DNA of 63,504 nucleotides, counting the filler, from Octopus bimaculoides (taxonomy: Eukaryota): assembly GCF_001194135.2 (NCBI RefSeq). It is 7 parts of 7 records of this genome, joined end to end, with 100 filler letters (N's around TTAATTAATTAA, not from the genome) between each part and the next. Parts side by side here need not be neighbours in the genome. Positions count along the whole stretch, not along the records: positions 23,771 to 38,987 come from NC_068999.1; positions 39,088 to 43,641 come from NC_068995.1; positions 43,742 to 54,903 come from NC_068991.1; 4 more parts are not named here. The stretch is one strand, 5' to 3'. Every line of letters begins with the position of its first letter. Positions within the stretch are counted from its first letter, which is position 1. This document shows, piece by piece, positions 37,787 through 50,832 of the stretch. The notes below the pieces were generated by a model that saw only the letters and a list, made by a program, of their open reading frames with translations, searched no databases and was not told the DNA's origin. The position numbers and the translations under genes were made by a program.

Positions 37787-38003
37787 AGGCGCAGGAGTGG
37801 CTGTGTGGTAAGTAGCCTGCTTACCAACCACATGGTTCTGGGTTCAGTCTCACTGCGTGGCACCTTGGGCAAGTGTCTTCTACTATAGCCTCGGGTCAAC
37901 CAAAGCCTTGTGAGTGGATTTGGTAGGTGGAAACTGAAAGAAGCCGTTGTATATATATATATGTGTGTGTGCGTGTGTTTGTGTGTCTATGTTTGTCCCC
38001 CCA
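37787..38003 (+). mobile_element. SINE family A, 5' half
   Basis: GGCGCAGGAGTGGCTGTGTGGTAAG full head after an (ATT)n tract. Confidence 0.9.
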
Positions 38004-38804
38004 ATGATGATGATGGAATATGAGGTTAATTGTAGTTGTTTTGTGGTAACCAAGACAAGTTGATAAAATGCAGAAACAAAAAAAAAAGGGGGGGGGAAGT
38101 AGTGATGTTGTGAGGTTTTGGGTAGAATTTTTTTTAATTGGAAAGCTTAAATATTCACTTCCAGTCAACATGTTTATAACAATCAGGTAACAAATAACAA
38201 ATTGCTAATCAATAACTTAGACAAGATCTACCTGTGTTCTTCGATCATCAAATCTGCTCTTAAGTTGATTAGAAATCTTTGGTTAAACGATGCCAATGCT
38301 AAAACTAATATCAGTTAGAATGTATAGTTTGAATGAAAGATGATGAGGCTTTGAGAAAAAAAAAAGTATAAACTTGCTTTACAATAAATAGCACGAATAC
38401 TTATCAATTAAAGTGGAAAATAGAAACAAATAATAGCTTTCTTAATTTGTAATGTTCTTTATTTAGAACTGTACTTCTTGGGTACAATAATAATAATAAT
38501 AATAATAATATTAATGACAGTAATATTTTTATTATTATTATTATTGAGAATAATAATACATGCGGTCCATCAACAAAGGGTTATTTGCAACATCTAAAAA
38601 AAATAAATAAATAATAAATAATAATAAAAATAAAATAAAATTTAGCATTAAAAGTGAACTTTGGAATGCAGGACCAAATTTTCCATGGGTAATTAGTCCA
38701 TAATAATAATAATAATGATGATGATGATGATGATGATGGTCATAATAATTTAATATAAGAACTGACAGAATATTGTTAATAGTAATAATAATAACAAGGA
38801 ACCA

Positions 38805-38849
<45 letters not shown>

Positions 38850-39982
38850 CTTCCCTTGTAAGCAATAGCTGGTGAAGTAATTGAGTTCAACCTATTGAAA
38901 TGTAACAATTCTTTTACTAACAATTCTACCATCAACCATAGTGGGATACTAGATAACAAGGCATTGCAGGCTTGGATCTCATTTAAGNNNNNNNNNNNNN
39001 NNNNNNNNNNNNNNNNNNNNNNNNNNNNNNNTTAATTAATTAANNNNNNNNNNNNNNNNNNNNNNNNNNNNNNNNNNNNNNNNNNNNATATATATATATA
39101 TATGTATGTATGTATGTATACGACAGACTTCTTTCAGTTTCCGCCTACCAAATCCACTCACAAGGCTTTGGTCGGCCTGTGGTTATAGTAGAATGTGATA
39201 CGCAGTGGCACTGTACCTGGAGCCATGTGATTGGTGAGCAAGCTACTTACCAGACACACATGATCTTCTTTCATTTTCCCATCTTCGGCCCTATGCTATG
39301 GCAGAAGTCACTTATCCAAGGTGCCACGCATTGAGACTCAACCCACAACTATGTGGTTGAGAATCAAGCTTCTTACTAAATGCCACGCCTGTGCCTATGT
39401 TATATTTATATATATGTATTATATATATGTGTGATAAAATAATTCTATATCTAGCCAGAGCCGGTTCATATTTTGGTCTATCATAACGTCATGAAAACGC
39501 CTACATGTAACGTATGAGCTGGTGATCCTCGGATTCAATGGACAATCAAAAGGAATCGTACTATTAAATTTCATTGTTGCTGTATAACAAATACTGCCTA
39601 ACGTTGCAGACATATCCGAACTGATTGTGTAATTGAGTGTTTGTAAGGAGATGAATGTTTGAGGTTTCTTTTTATTATTATTACATCATCGGTGGCACCC
39701 TGCATTACTGAGAAAGGCACTTAATATCTCCCAAGCAAAACCACAACAGTGTAAATGTATATCATGTGATATCGCAGCGACTGTGGTTTTACAGAAATCC
39801 ATTATTGTGAAAGTAACGGAAGCTTGGTGTTTACTTTTTTCTTTTTTTTTTATTTCTATTGGTAGTGCTATTTCTACTTAGTATGTAAGTATGGACTCTA
39901 CTAAGCTGACTCATACCAAAGAATTGGATAAATGTGTTTGGTGTGCAAAATGGTTCTGACTCATTTCAATGAAAATCTACAC

Positions 39983-40020
<38 letters not shown>

Positions 40021-40201
40021 CGTATAAATGAAGTTGCAATTGTATATAAATATAAATATGAAAATACACACAAACACATATATACACATACATATATGAA
40101 TATATTCGCACAAATACACATATGTATGTATACATATATACATACATCTATATATATGTATATATATACATCTATATATACACACATTGAAATACACATG
40201 C

Positions 40202-40254
<53 letters not shown>

Positions 40255-41463
40255 TATATATATATGTGGATATATACATATATATATACATACATATACA
40301 TATATNNNNNNNNNNNNNNNNNNNNNNNNNNNNNNNNNNNNNNNNNNNNNNNNNNNNNNNNNNNNNNNNNNNNNNNNNNNNNNNNNNNNNNNNNNNNNNN
40401 NNNNNNNNNNNNNNNNNNNNNNNNNNNNNNNNNNNNNNNNNNNNNNNNNNNNNNNNNNNNNNNNNNNNNNNNNNNNNNNNNNNNNNNNNNNNNNNATATA
40501 TATATATATATATATATAGGAGCATTTTCCTTCATTTATCTCTTGAGGAACACTGTATTTTTATTGTACTTTAGCTTTTTGCTAAAAATATACTACAATA
40601 AATTTTGATAATAATGTTGATAATGTAAGGTTAACAAAGAAAGCACTACTATATTTTTTTCGTTGTTTTACTCAGTTGTTTTTTTTAATTTCTTTATTTT
40701 TTGGGTTTTCACTTTTTAGTGCAATGTGTTTTATTCTTTTGTTTTTTGGGGGAATTAGAAATATCCTTCGCTTAATTGAATATTCAATAAAATTATATAT
40801 TAAAACAATAAATTTTGTTTTGCTTGTTTTGTTTTGACGTTTGTTTTGTGTTAATCTCCAAGGAATGCTTCATGAATTAATTATAATACAATAGAATGAA
40901 ATCGACCGAACATTGCGTCTTGGGACTTGAATAGGATCACTTAGGACACATAGAAAATTATAATAATTTGTTTTACAATCGTATGGTAATGTAAGTCACG
41001 TGATGTGTAAGATTATTAATTAATGACAGATCCATTAGAATTGACGCTCGTTAGCATATTAAAAAGTGGATCAACCGTCGAAGTTGTTTTCGTTTATTTT
41101 TAACATATTTGTAAGTTCCCCTTCAATTCAAAAGATGCTTACCATTGCTTATCACACTTGATGTTTAACCCTAGGTCTGCTGTTAAACCCTGGCCTTTGA
41201 TGAAATACAATCCATCCACGACTCTATCGCTGTTTGCACACCAAGTACTAGAGAGCTCAATGTCGTCATTTGAAACGATATGATTTAATTACAGACACAA
41301 TTAGCAGCTATTTCGAGGAAATCGAACTCCAAAGTGGAGACTCATCGACATTGTTGTTTAGCCACAAGTTAACTCCAATCAAAAGATCTCAAAATTAAAG
41401 CAAATCTAGACATGGTCATTTAGTCTATTATATAAGTGCTCTAACGAATATATATACATGCAT

Positions 41464-41507
<44 letters not shown>

Positions 41508-41927
41508 NNNNNNNNNNNNNNNNNNNNNNNNNNNNNNNNNNNNNNNNNNNNNNNNNNNNNNNNNNNNNNNNNNNNNNNNNNNNNNNNNNNNNNNNNNNNN
41601 NNNNNNNNNNNNNNNNNNNNNNNNNNNNNNNNNNNNNNNNNNNNNNNNNNNNNNNNNNNNNNNNNNNNNNNNNNNNNNNNNNNNNNNNNNNNNNNNNNNN
41701 NNNNNNNNNNNNNNNNNNNNNNNNNNNNNNNNNNNNNNNNNNNNNNNNNNNNNNNNNNNNNNNNNNNNNNNNNNNNNNNNNNNNNNNNNNNNNNNNNNNN
41801 NNNNNNNNNNNNNNNNNNNNNNNNNNNNNNNNNNNNNNTATATATATATATATATATATATGTATACATGTATATAGATAAATACATGTATGTATATATA
41901 TATATATATATATGACATCGATACTAG

Positions 41928-42250
41928 TACCTCCGCCTTAGCGAAGGAGGAGATATTGTTTTCAGTCGTGTTTGTAGGTTTGTTTGTCCGTGGTCAATAT
42001 ATCTCAAGAACCGCTGGATGGATTCGGATGAAACTTTCATGGATGTTTGGCCCTGTTTCCGGCACGAAACTATTAGACTTTGGAATCGATCAGGTACCGG
42101 ACAAGGATTCTAGATTATTTGTGATATTTTGTTTACATGAAGTATTCCGATGTTACGTTCATTTTCAAGTCTTTTTATGATTATCTCCCTTGAAACCTCA
42201 CTCATGGTTTCCACGTAAATTATAGCGGCGTTGCTGTTTCCGAAGTTTCG
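41928..42250 (+). mobile_element. Helentron-type non-autonomous element (HINE-like), decayed
   Basis: TACCTCCGCCTTAGCGAAGGAGG start; body shared with 49524-49894. Confidence 0.7.
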
Positions 42251-42439
42251 TTTTCATTTTTCTATTATTAATTTTACTCTATCTTAGTAGAAACTGATGA
42301 ATACAGAAATCAAACTACATAAACAAGCGCAGCAAAACAATTCAGAAATTAAATAATAAAACACTAACCGACTAACTTCCTCCCCAAAAATTTCGGGCCT
42401 TGTGCCTAGAGAAGAAAAGATTATTAGATGCCGATTCTC

Positions 42440-42444
42440 ATATG

Positions 42445-42508
<64 letters not shown>

Positions 42509-42560
42509 TTGCTGCTGCTGCTGCTGCTGCTGCCACTACTACTACTACTACTACTACTAG
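42440..42560. repeat. (ACT)n/(GCT)n trinucleotide microsatellite
   Basis: Seen directly. Confidence 0.95.
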
Positions 42561-43741
42561 ATGGAAAATGCTTGCGAATCTTAACTCCGTTCTTGCCCAG
42601 TCTTCGCCTATGTTCTTATCCTCCTCAGGCTTTTCATTGGTCCGAGCCATGCAGGTTTTCTATCATCTCGCGAAACTTCTGGCCTGCAATGTGACGTCTC
42701 TCAAGATAATCTATCAGATTGCATAGAATATAAAAACTATGTTTGATGACCTAAAAAAAAAACTCATGAGTATATTGAAACTGTACCAAATTCAGCAGCT
42801 CATATGCAAGGATAGAGCGGTTTAAGAGTGTGTAATATAAGGCGAATATTTACATATTCACGGGTGATTCTTTGAGGCGTTATTTTTGGTGCGTTTTTAT
42901 GCCGTCCACTATGGTAATAGAAAGAGCGTATCGAAACGTTTCTCCACATTTTACACAAGCCTCTCATTGATATAAATGAGTTTAGTGACCTCTATTATTC
43001 TTTCATTTCTTACTTCGCATTGCTATGTGTTGCATAAAATTCTACTAATTGCTTTTTAATCGATCCTTACGCGATTAAATGAATTTAATTGCAAGAAGGT
43101 CGGCGCTGAGCAGTATTTCAGATCTGATTTGAATGTACCAGGCGTTAGTAAAAATATACAGATAAGATCAATAAGGTCAATACCCTGTTTATTAGAGTGA
43201 CTAACGTGAAGTAGGGGTCATATATATGGACAGCGTTTAGACTACACACGCAAATATCCCAGACTACAGTGCCAAAATCATAGCTATTTAGGCGGTAGAG
43301 ACTCGCACCTAAGTACACACTGCAACTAACCGATCATGTACTCAGTCTTTCATTTTTCTTTCTTTTCTATTTCTTTGTTCTGACACATTCGTAATACTTA
43401 CAAAGTCCTCTGCCTTATGAAATAACTAATAGCTCGCGATCTGTACATATCTTCACTCACTATCCTGTCAGATTCATTGTGTCTCTCCAATCAGATCAAT
43501 TTTTAAGGATTTCATCCAATCATGTCCGTCTATAAGGGCACCTTGTGTGAGAACTATACAGTCCACCATTTCTCTGCAATGACTTGGATATTGACTCTGT
43601 TATTTTCAATACATTTGAATATATATATATATATATATATANNNNNNNNNNNNNNNNNNNNNNNNNNNNNNNNNNNNNNNNNNNNTTAATTAATTAANNN
43701 NNNNNNNNNNNNNNNNNNNNNNNNNNNNNNNNNNNNNNNNN

Positions 43742-43801
<60 letters not shown>

Positions 43802-44138
43802 GATATATACATAATCATTTGCTATTTTTCCTTAAATTATTCATGTTATAAGATGTGTTCGACTTAAAGCGCTCATTGAATGGTAATCTTCGCGTTGCCT
43901 GGCATAATTGGTCTCTTTGTCTTCGTTGGCGAGTTAAATCGCTTCAGCATGAACTGAATGCATACATACATACATATACACATACATATATACATACATA
44001 CATACTTGTATATATATAAATATGCCATGTATATGTATACAAATGTGTATGTATGCGTAATATATATATGTATATGTATTATATAATATATTTTTTATAT
44101 ATTATATATATATATCATATATATAATATATATCATTA

Positions 44139-44197
<59 letters not shown>

Positions 44198-44338
44198 ATG
44201 TAAGGTATGGGATATATTGGTATCTGGAAGACCCAAAGAGTGGCAGGTAACGCTAAGTAAGTGCCATGAACTCTTGGTTTGAGCGAGGAGTCTAATGTGG
44301 GTTTTCGATTAGCATGCATATATATATTAGACAGAATG

Positions 44339-44417
<79 letters not shown>

Positions 44418-44779
44418 CAAACAGACAGAAACCAGGAGAAAGATGTTAATAATGAATTAGCAATTTATTTCGATTAAATGCTAAACTCAGTTTTTTTTTA
44501 TGTGAAAGTGTGAAAAAGGATATTGTAACATACATGGCATTCGCATGGAATCAGACGTGAAATGGCTTCTGTTAAGAACTGTTGCTATTTTGCCGACTCG
44601 ACTAACTAATAAAATATAACATGTTAAAGTACAAATATTGACTCAACTCAAACATCATTGCAATGGTGAGTAGTCTGTATAAGTATAAATCATTAGTCTT
44701 TAGGCGTATCATTAATCGTGTATCAAGAGTCTGTCTTGATTGCTTTTTGTTATTTTTTCTTCAGATCTAGTAACTGACC

Positions 44780-45670
44780 TCTTTTGATAGCAAAGCGATG
44801 CACATAGAATTAAGCGTTCTTCTCTGGAGGCTTTCTGACAAATTCTCGCTTATTAGAAACCGAAACGACTCACGTTACACGACGAAAACAGTGAAGTCTG
44901 GGTGTAAGAGTTTGATTCTTTGGGGATACATAAAAAAAGTGATGGTTCAAGAATGTTGGTTAAAAATTGACAGTAACTTGAATAGTGCCAAATACATCCA
45001 GTTGCTGAAGGACAATTTGATGCCAGTCTTGGATCTAGGTGAGATTTTTCAGCATGATGGAGCTCCATGCCACAGCTTTCGTGCAACACAACAGAGTCTG
45101 GCTGATGAAGGTGTTACCGTATTGAAAGACTGGCCAGCTCAGACTCCTGACTTAAATATCATCGAGAAAATCTGGACAGAACAGGAGAAGAGTTTGTCAA
45201 AGAATCCACTCAACTTTAAAGAGTTGTGGGAGCTCAGCGACAGAGTATGGCATTTCATACCTGTGAAGATGGTGAAGGATTTGTACGAATCTCTTCCCAG
45301 GCGCATTGAAGCAATTATTCAAACTAAGGGAAGGCACACGAAATAGTAACAATGTCCAGTAACCTCTTGAAAGGAACATTATGTAATAAATTTTCATTAT
45401 AGACATTTTACTGTTTTAAAACACTGTATCTTGATTGGTTTATGTGAGGTGACCGAAAACTTTTGCACAGCCATTTTTGGTGGTCGTCTCGCATCTTCCC
45501 CTCTTATTCAGAACCCCTACTACAAAATATAACGAATAGGTATGGAAATGGCTTCAATATGGCGAATGTTTCATCTTTAAAAAACGCAAAGCGAAACATC
45601 AACTCATAACTTGGCAATTAGTAGAAATTCACAATAGTTTAAAGTGGCCGAAGACTTTTGCACGGCACTG
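44780..45670 (+). mobile_element. Tc1-like (DD34E) transposon 3' part with IR/DR-type right end
   Basis: RYTTKTVK, FQHDGAPCH, DWPAQTPDLNIIEKIW, LYESLPRRIEAII..KG; 23-bp direct repeats at 45449-45471 and 45644-45666; end GGCACTG-TA. Confidence 0.9.
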
Positions 45671-47070
45671 TATAANNNNNNNNNNNNNNNNNNNNNNNNN
45701 NNNNNNNNNNNNNNNNNNNNNNNNNNNNNNNNNNNNNNNNNNNNNNNNNNNNNNNNNNNNNNNNNNNNNNNNNNNNNNNNNNNNNNNNNNNNNNNNNNNN
45801 NNNNNNNNNNNNNNNNNNNNNNNNNNNNNNNNNNNNNNNNNNNNNNNNNNNNNNNATATATATATATGCTTTGTTTTTGTATCTGGATTGCAGATTGGCA
45901 CAATGACTGTCCCAAGACACAATATATATATATATATATATATACATACAAACGCACACATCACACACACTCACACTCACACAAGCACACACACACACAC
46001 ACACACACACACGTATGTATGTATGTATGTATTCCATAAGTGAATAGAATATTGCATTTTATCTTTGTTTTTCAAAACTACGGATATATATCTTAACTTC
46101 GGATAGCATATCGACAATATAACTTTCAAACACATATTAATTACAAAGCCTCTAGTGCTTTCAGCTCATTTTCAAAAGCATATCGAGAAAATTATTCAGA
46201 ATTAGGAAATATTATAGCTTAGTACCAAACGACTAGAAATGTATTCTGTTTTTGCATATTTGTAAATGTTTGTTCTAATGAATATGTTTATATGTGTGGT
46301 ATGTATTTGTGTTTCCGCGTGTTCTATGTGCGCCTATCTGAGTATAGACTCGTATGGCTGTATTCTTGTGAACATGCCTATTTCTGTATTATGTGAATGT
46401 GTATGAGCGTTGTATACCATGCATGCATATGTGTTTTTCCTGCTTCCACGAGTTACTGTGAATAACGCACTGTATGATGCGTTTAAGGGTTAGGGCGTTT
46501 CTGCCCTCTGCATTTGTGATTACCAAAAGTGGATTCTTGTGAACTTTGTCGGGTGTCTGCAATATATTTAATGACAGACCAGTATTCATGGATTAATTAG
46601 GGATGATTTCTGCGATGTCCCGATTGATGTTATCATTGGTTCTTTTGTGGGGGATTGCAACTGCTTAGTCTTACTTGAAATCATTACAGCATATGTGTTT
46701 GTGCGTGCGTGTGTGTGTGTGTGTGTATGTGTGTGTGCATGCGCGTGTATGTGTGTTTGTGTGCATGCGCGTACGTGTGTGTGTGAGAGAGATGTTGTTT
46801 TCGCTCCAAATTCGACCTAATTCAGCTGAGCTATGGCCAAAGGTGTTCAAATCTTAACTAGGCCACCTCTCACATGTGACCCAGGGGCCACAGTATTTCA
46901 GATGGTGGAGTGTGATTTTTCTTTGTGTCGAAACAAATAACACAAATAAGTCATGGGAAGGATACAAGTATCCAATAAATATATTAAATAATACTTATAA
47001 GAGAACAATCATTCTTTCCAAATGAAAACAGCTTTCACGCACATTATGCCCAAGATAGAATATATATGAA

Positions 47071-47525
47071 CAGGCGTGGCTGTGTTGTAAGAAGCTTGGT
47101 TCCCAACCGCATGGTCCCGAGCTCAGTCCCACTGCATGATACCGAGGGCAAATGTCTTCTACTATAGCGTTGAGCGGACCAAAACCTTTTGAGTGGATTT
47201 GGTACACGAAAGCTGAAAGGAGCCTGTCGTGTGTGTGTGTGTGTGTGTGCGCGCGCGTATGCGTGTGTGCATGGGAGTGTGTGTGTGTTTGTCTATATAT
47301 ATGTGTATTTGAGCCTGTGTTTGTCCCCCACTACCGCTTGACAACCAGTGTTGGTGTGTTTACGTCTCCGTAACTTAGCATTTCGGCAAAAGACACTGAT
47401 AGAATAAGTACCAAGCTTTTAAAGAAATATAAGCCCTGGGGCCGATTTGTTTGACTAAAAACCCTTCAAGGCGGTACCCCGCATAGCTGCAATAAAATGA
47501 TTGAAACAAATAAATAGATAAAAAA
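47071..47525 (+). mobile_element. SINE family A, near full length
   Basis: GGCGTGGCTGTGTTGTAAG head, internal microsatellite, family tail. Confidence 0.85.
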
Positions 47526-47575
47526 ATAGAAACATATATATATATATATACANNNNNNNNNNNNNNNNNNNNNNN

Positions 47576-47611
<36 letters not shown>

Positions 47612-47612
<1 letters not shown>

Positions 47613-47785
47613 AAATGAGACGAAAAACGAAAAATTATTATCTTATGAACTTCATTAACTTATAGCTGTTTCTGCTATAAGATATTATTCGGGCACTGAA
47701 CTATGAGTTCACTGCATCTTATAAGCAGAAACAGCTGTAGGCTAATGAAGTTCATGAGACAATCATTCCTTTGTCATCTCATTTT
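47612..47785. repeat. Fold-back (inverted repeat) element
   Basis: 47641-47683 inverted against 47716-47759, with central hairpin GCACTGAACT-ATG-AGTTCACTGC. Confidence 0.8.
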
Positions 47786-49066
47786 CTTATTACCGCTCTA
47801 TACCCGTCTAACACTTCCTTCTGAAACATACGTATATTGAGTTCTACATCAGGTTATTAGTCTCGCAATGCCCAAGCGAATTATTAGAATACACACACAC
47901 ACACATTCGTACACACACACACACTCGTACACACACACACATACACGCGCGTATACACACACACACACACACATACATACATACATACATACATACATAC
48001 ATACATACATACATACATACATACAGACAGACAGATAGACAGACATACAAACGAACGCACACATTCTCCGAAACGTTATGATTCACATTTCATCGTGTTT
48101 CGATTTTATTGAATATTTCACTTTGGAAACATTGGCTCTCTTCCGATGAATATAACAAATCTTTATTAAAACTTAACTACAAACACTTAAACCAGTTATT
48201 GGTCGCTTAAAATGCCATGTACACTACACATTCTTGTGAAATTATCAAGTAAAATCCGAACATCTCGATATTCTATTCAGATATTACCCCACTCACCTTC
48301 CTCTCCAAGTTGGACTTAGAGTAGTTTTTGAAGGTTTGGCAGAAACGGAAAGTATTTGTCTTTTATCTTTTCAGTTTTGTCTATCATACAGTCTCTTTTG
48401 TCATTGTTATCAAAAAGAAGGAAACTGCTTATCTTGGTCAGCCAAAACAAAGAGGTGGGGTAGGGCTGTATTCACGACAGACTCGGCTGATAGTCATATC
48501 CGTCTACCATACAAAGTAGCTCGACAAGTCAGCAACGTCCGAATATTGAAAGGCTGCGTGTAGAACGATTTCATTGCTCATCACCTCGAGCGCACCTTGC
48601 CCGGTTTCTGCGGCTGAAGAGGAGATAATTGCTCCGAAATGCTTGCATCTCATAATCTGGGCAGGTGGAGCTGCGAGCTGATTCAAGTGTATATATATTA
48701 TTTGTCTACAGCGAGAAATATTCTCCCAGACAAAACATAGTGAATGACTTTCTTACGGGTTCGAATTCGCCCCAAGCATATCTGAAGTGGTAATAACCTA
48801 TTTATACACGTCACTGCAAAGGGCTGTTGCCCTGTAATTTCATTACTGTGCGCAGACCTTGGAAAGACTCGGATGACGGCACTAATGTGTCTCCTCTATT
48901 GTTTAACTCAAATCAGTGAAAGTTCAATAATTTCGATAAAAGCCTAAACATTAAATATAAATAAATATCACAACGTTCTTTGAACATCTTAAGAGTTAAA
49001 TCCAACGCGTGTCTCTACTGATAACACTTACACACACACACTCACACACACACATACACACACACA

Positions 49067-49107
<41 letters not shown>

Positions 49108-49523
49108 TTATTTACACAACGTAATTATACATCTGCGCGCACACATGTGTGCGAGTGTGAGTACATGTATGTGCATAGTATTCTGAAGAGAACATTTGTA
49201 ATAAAGATTTGAGCGAAGCTGTTTTGTACTCGCGAAATGATCGCTGGGTACAGCGAAGTGATGTGAGGACTCCCATATTCACTTGTATGTAGGTGTAATG
49301 AGTTTGTAAACCGGATGTACGAAGTTTTAACGCTATCTATAGCTGTATATGTTATTTAGTGCTGGCAAAATTTAAGCGTACGAATTAGAATTAGTGTTAT
49401 TGGTTGTTATTGAGTCTGGTAAAATAAATACCAATTTAGTATTTAATCGATTTAATCGACTATACTTACTCTCCAAAAATTGTGTGCTATTGTGTGCCAA
49501 TGCCAGATATTGTTTTTGTCATT

Positions 49524-49894
49524 ATTATCTCCGCCTTCGATAAGACGGAGGTATTGTTTTCAGTCGTGTTTGTTTGTTTGTTTGTCCGTGGACAAGATAT
49601 CTCAAGAACCGCTGGATGGATTCGAATGAAACTTTCAGGGATGTTTGGTCTCGTGACTCGCACGAACTGATTATATTTGGGGATTGATCCCCTGCCGGAC
49701 AAAGATTCTCGATTATTTTTCCGGTGTTTTTACTTAATTTTTGAGAGCGGTCCGGTTCATTTTTAGTATTCTCGTTTGTGAGAGCAGTCGAGTTTATTTC
49801 AGATATTCTCATTTTAAAAATCATCTCTGGCTAATTGTTGAGAGGACGTTGGTGTTGCCTTGGTGGAGGTTTGCGCTCTCTGAGTGCTCTTGTT
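49524..49894 (+). mobile_element. Helentron-type non-autonomous element (HINE-like), complete
   Basis: Sub-terminal IR ATCTCCGCC / GGTGGAGGT, (TTTG)n near the 5' end, 3' hairpin GCGCTC-TCT-GAGTGC; no TSD seen. Confidence 0.75.
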
Positions 49895-50039
49895 ATTAAT
49901 GTTTTACTTTTCAGAGCGATCAGTCTTGTTTGCTCTGGTAGATTCTATGAGAGCGGACAACAGCTATCAGAGGTTTCACAGGGCCTCTTTCCGCACATTA
50001 TAAGCTTTGATATTTGGTTGTTAATTATCGTGGGAGACA

Positions 50040-50170
50040 TTCAAGATTCAAGTACGAATCTCAAAATCCTAGCTGTCCCCAGCAGTGCAGTTTGGGGAGG
50101 GGGCTTGATCTGCTCCCGTGTCAATTCCGATTTCTCTGACATATTTCTCGAACTTGGTTATTACACAAAA
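50040..50170 (-). mobile_element. R4/Dong-like RLE 3' fragment
   Basis: KFEKYVREIGID...QTALLGTARILRFVL. Confidence 0.7.
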
Positions 50171-50360
50171 GTGACATTCCATGACAGCTGTATTCATCGT
50201 CTTAGTCAAGTTTGTTCTAGCAGCCGTATAATGACGACCAAATCTATGCTACTCGTCCACGGGGCAACTGCCGAGGGGAAAGTCCGTCACCTGTAGTTCC
50301 GTCCTCATTTACACCATTGTTTGTGTTAATTCTATTATTCGTTATTATATATTATTATTA

Positions 50361-50566
50361 AGGCGGTGAGCTGGCAGAATCTTTAGCGCGCTGGACGATA
50401 TGCTTCGCAGTATTTCGCTACTTTCTGAGTTCAAATTCCGCCGAGGTCCACTTCGCCTTTCATCCTTTCAAGGTCGATAAATTAAGTACCAGTGAAACAC
50501 TGGGGTCCGATATAATCGACTAGTGCCACCCCACAAATTTGAGACCTTGTACCTCCAGTAGAAAGG

Positions 50567-50599
<33 letters not shown>

Positions 50600-50790
50600 G
50601 AGCGAGCTGGCATAACCGTTAGCACGCCGGGCGAAATACTTAGCTACGTTCTGAGTTCAAATTCCGCCGAGGTCGATTTTGCCTTTCATCCTTCCGGTCG
50701 ATAAATTAAGTACTAGTGGAACACTGGAGTCAATGTAATCGGCTAGTCCTCTCCCCAAAAATTTCAAGCCTTGTGCCTCCAACAGAAAGG

Positions 50791-50830
<40 letters not shown>
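50361..50830 (+). mobile_element. Two tandem SINE family B copies with (ATT)n tails, CpG-rich
   Basis: Heads at 50361 and ~50600, each ending GAAAGGATTATTATT. Confidence 0.9.

Positions 50831-50832
<2 letters not shown>

Noticed and set aside
40990-41060. CACGTG, TAAT and TGACAG motif cluster as an enhancer
   Set aside because: Short motifs without conservation data are not supportable.
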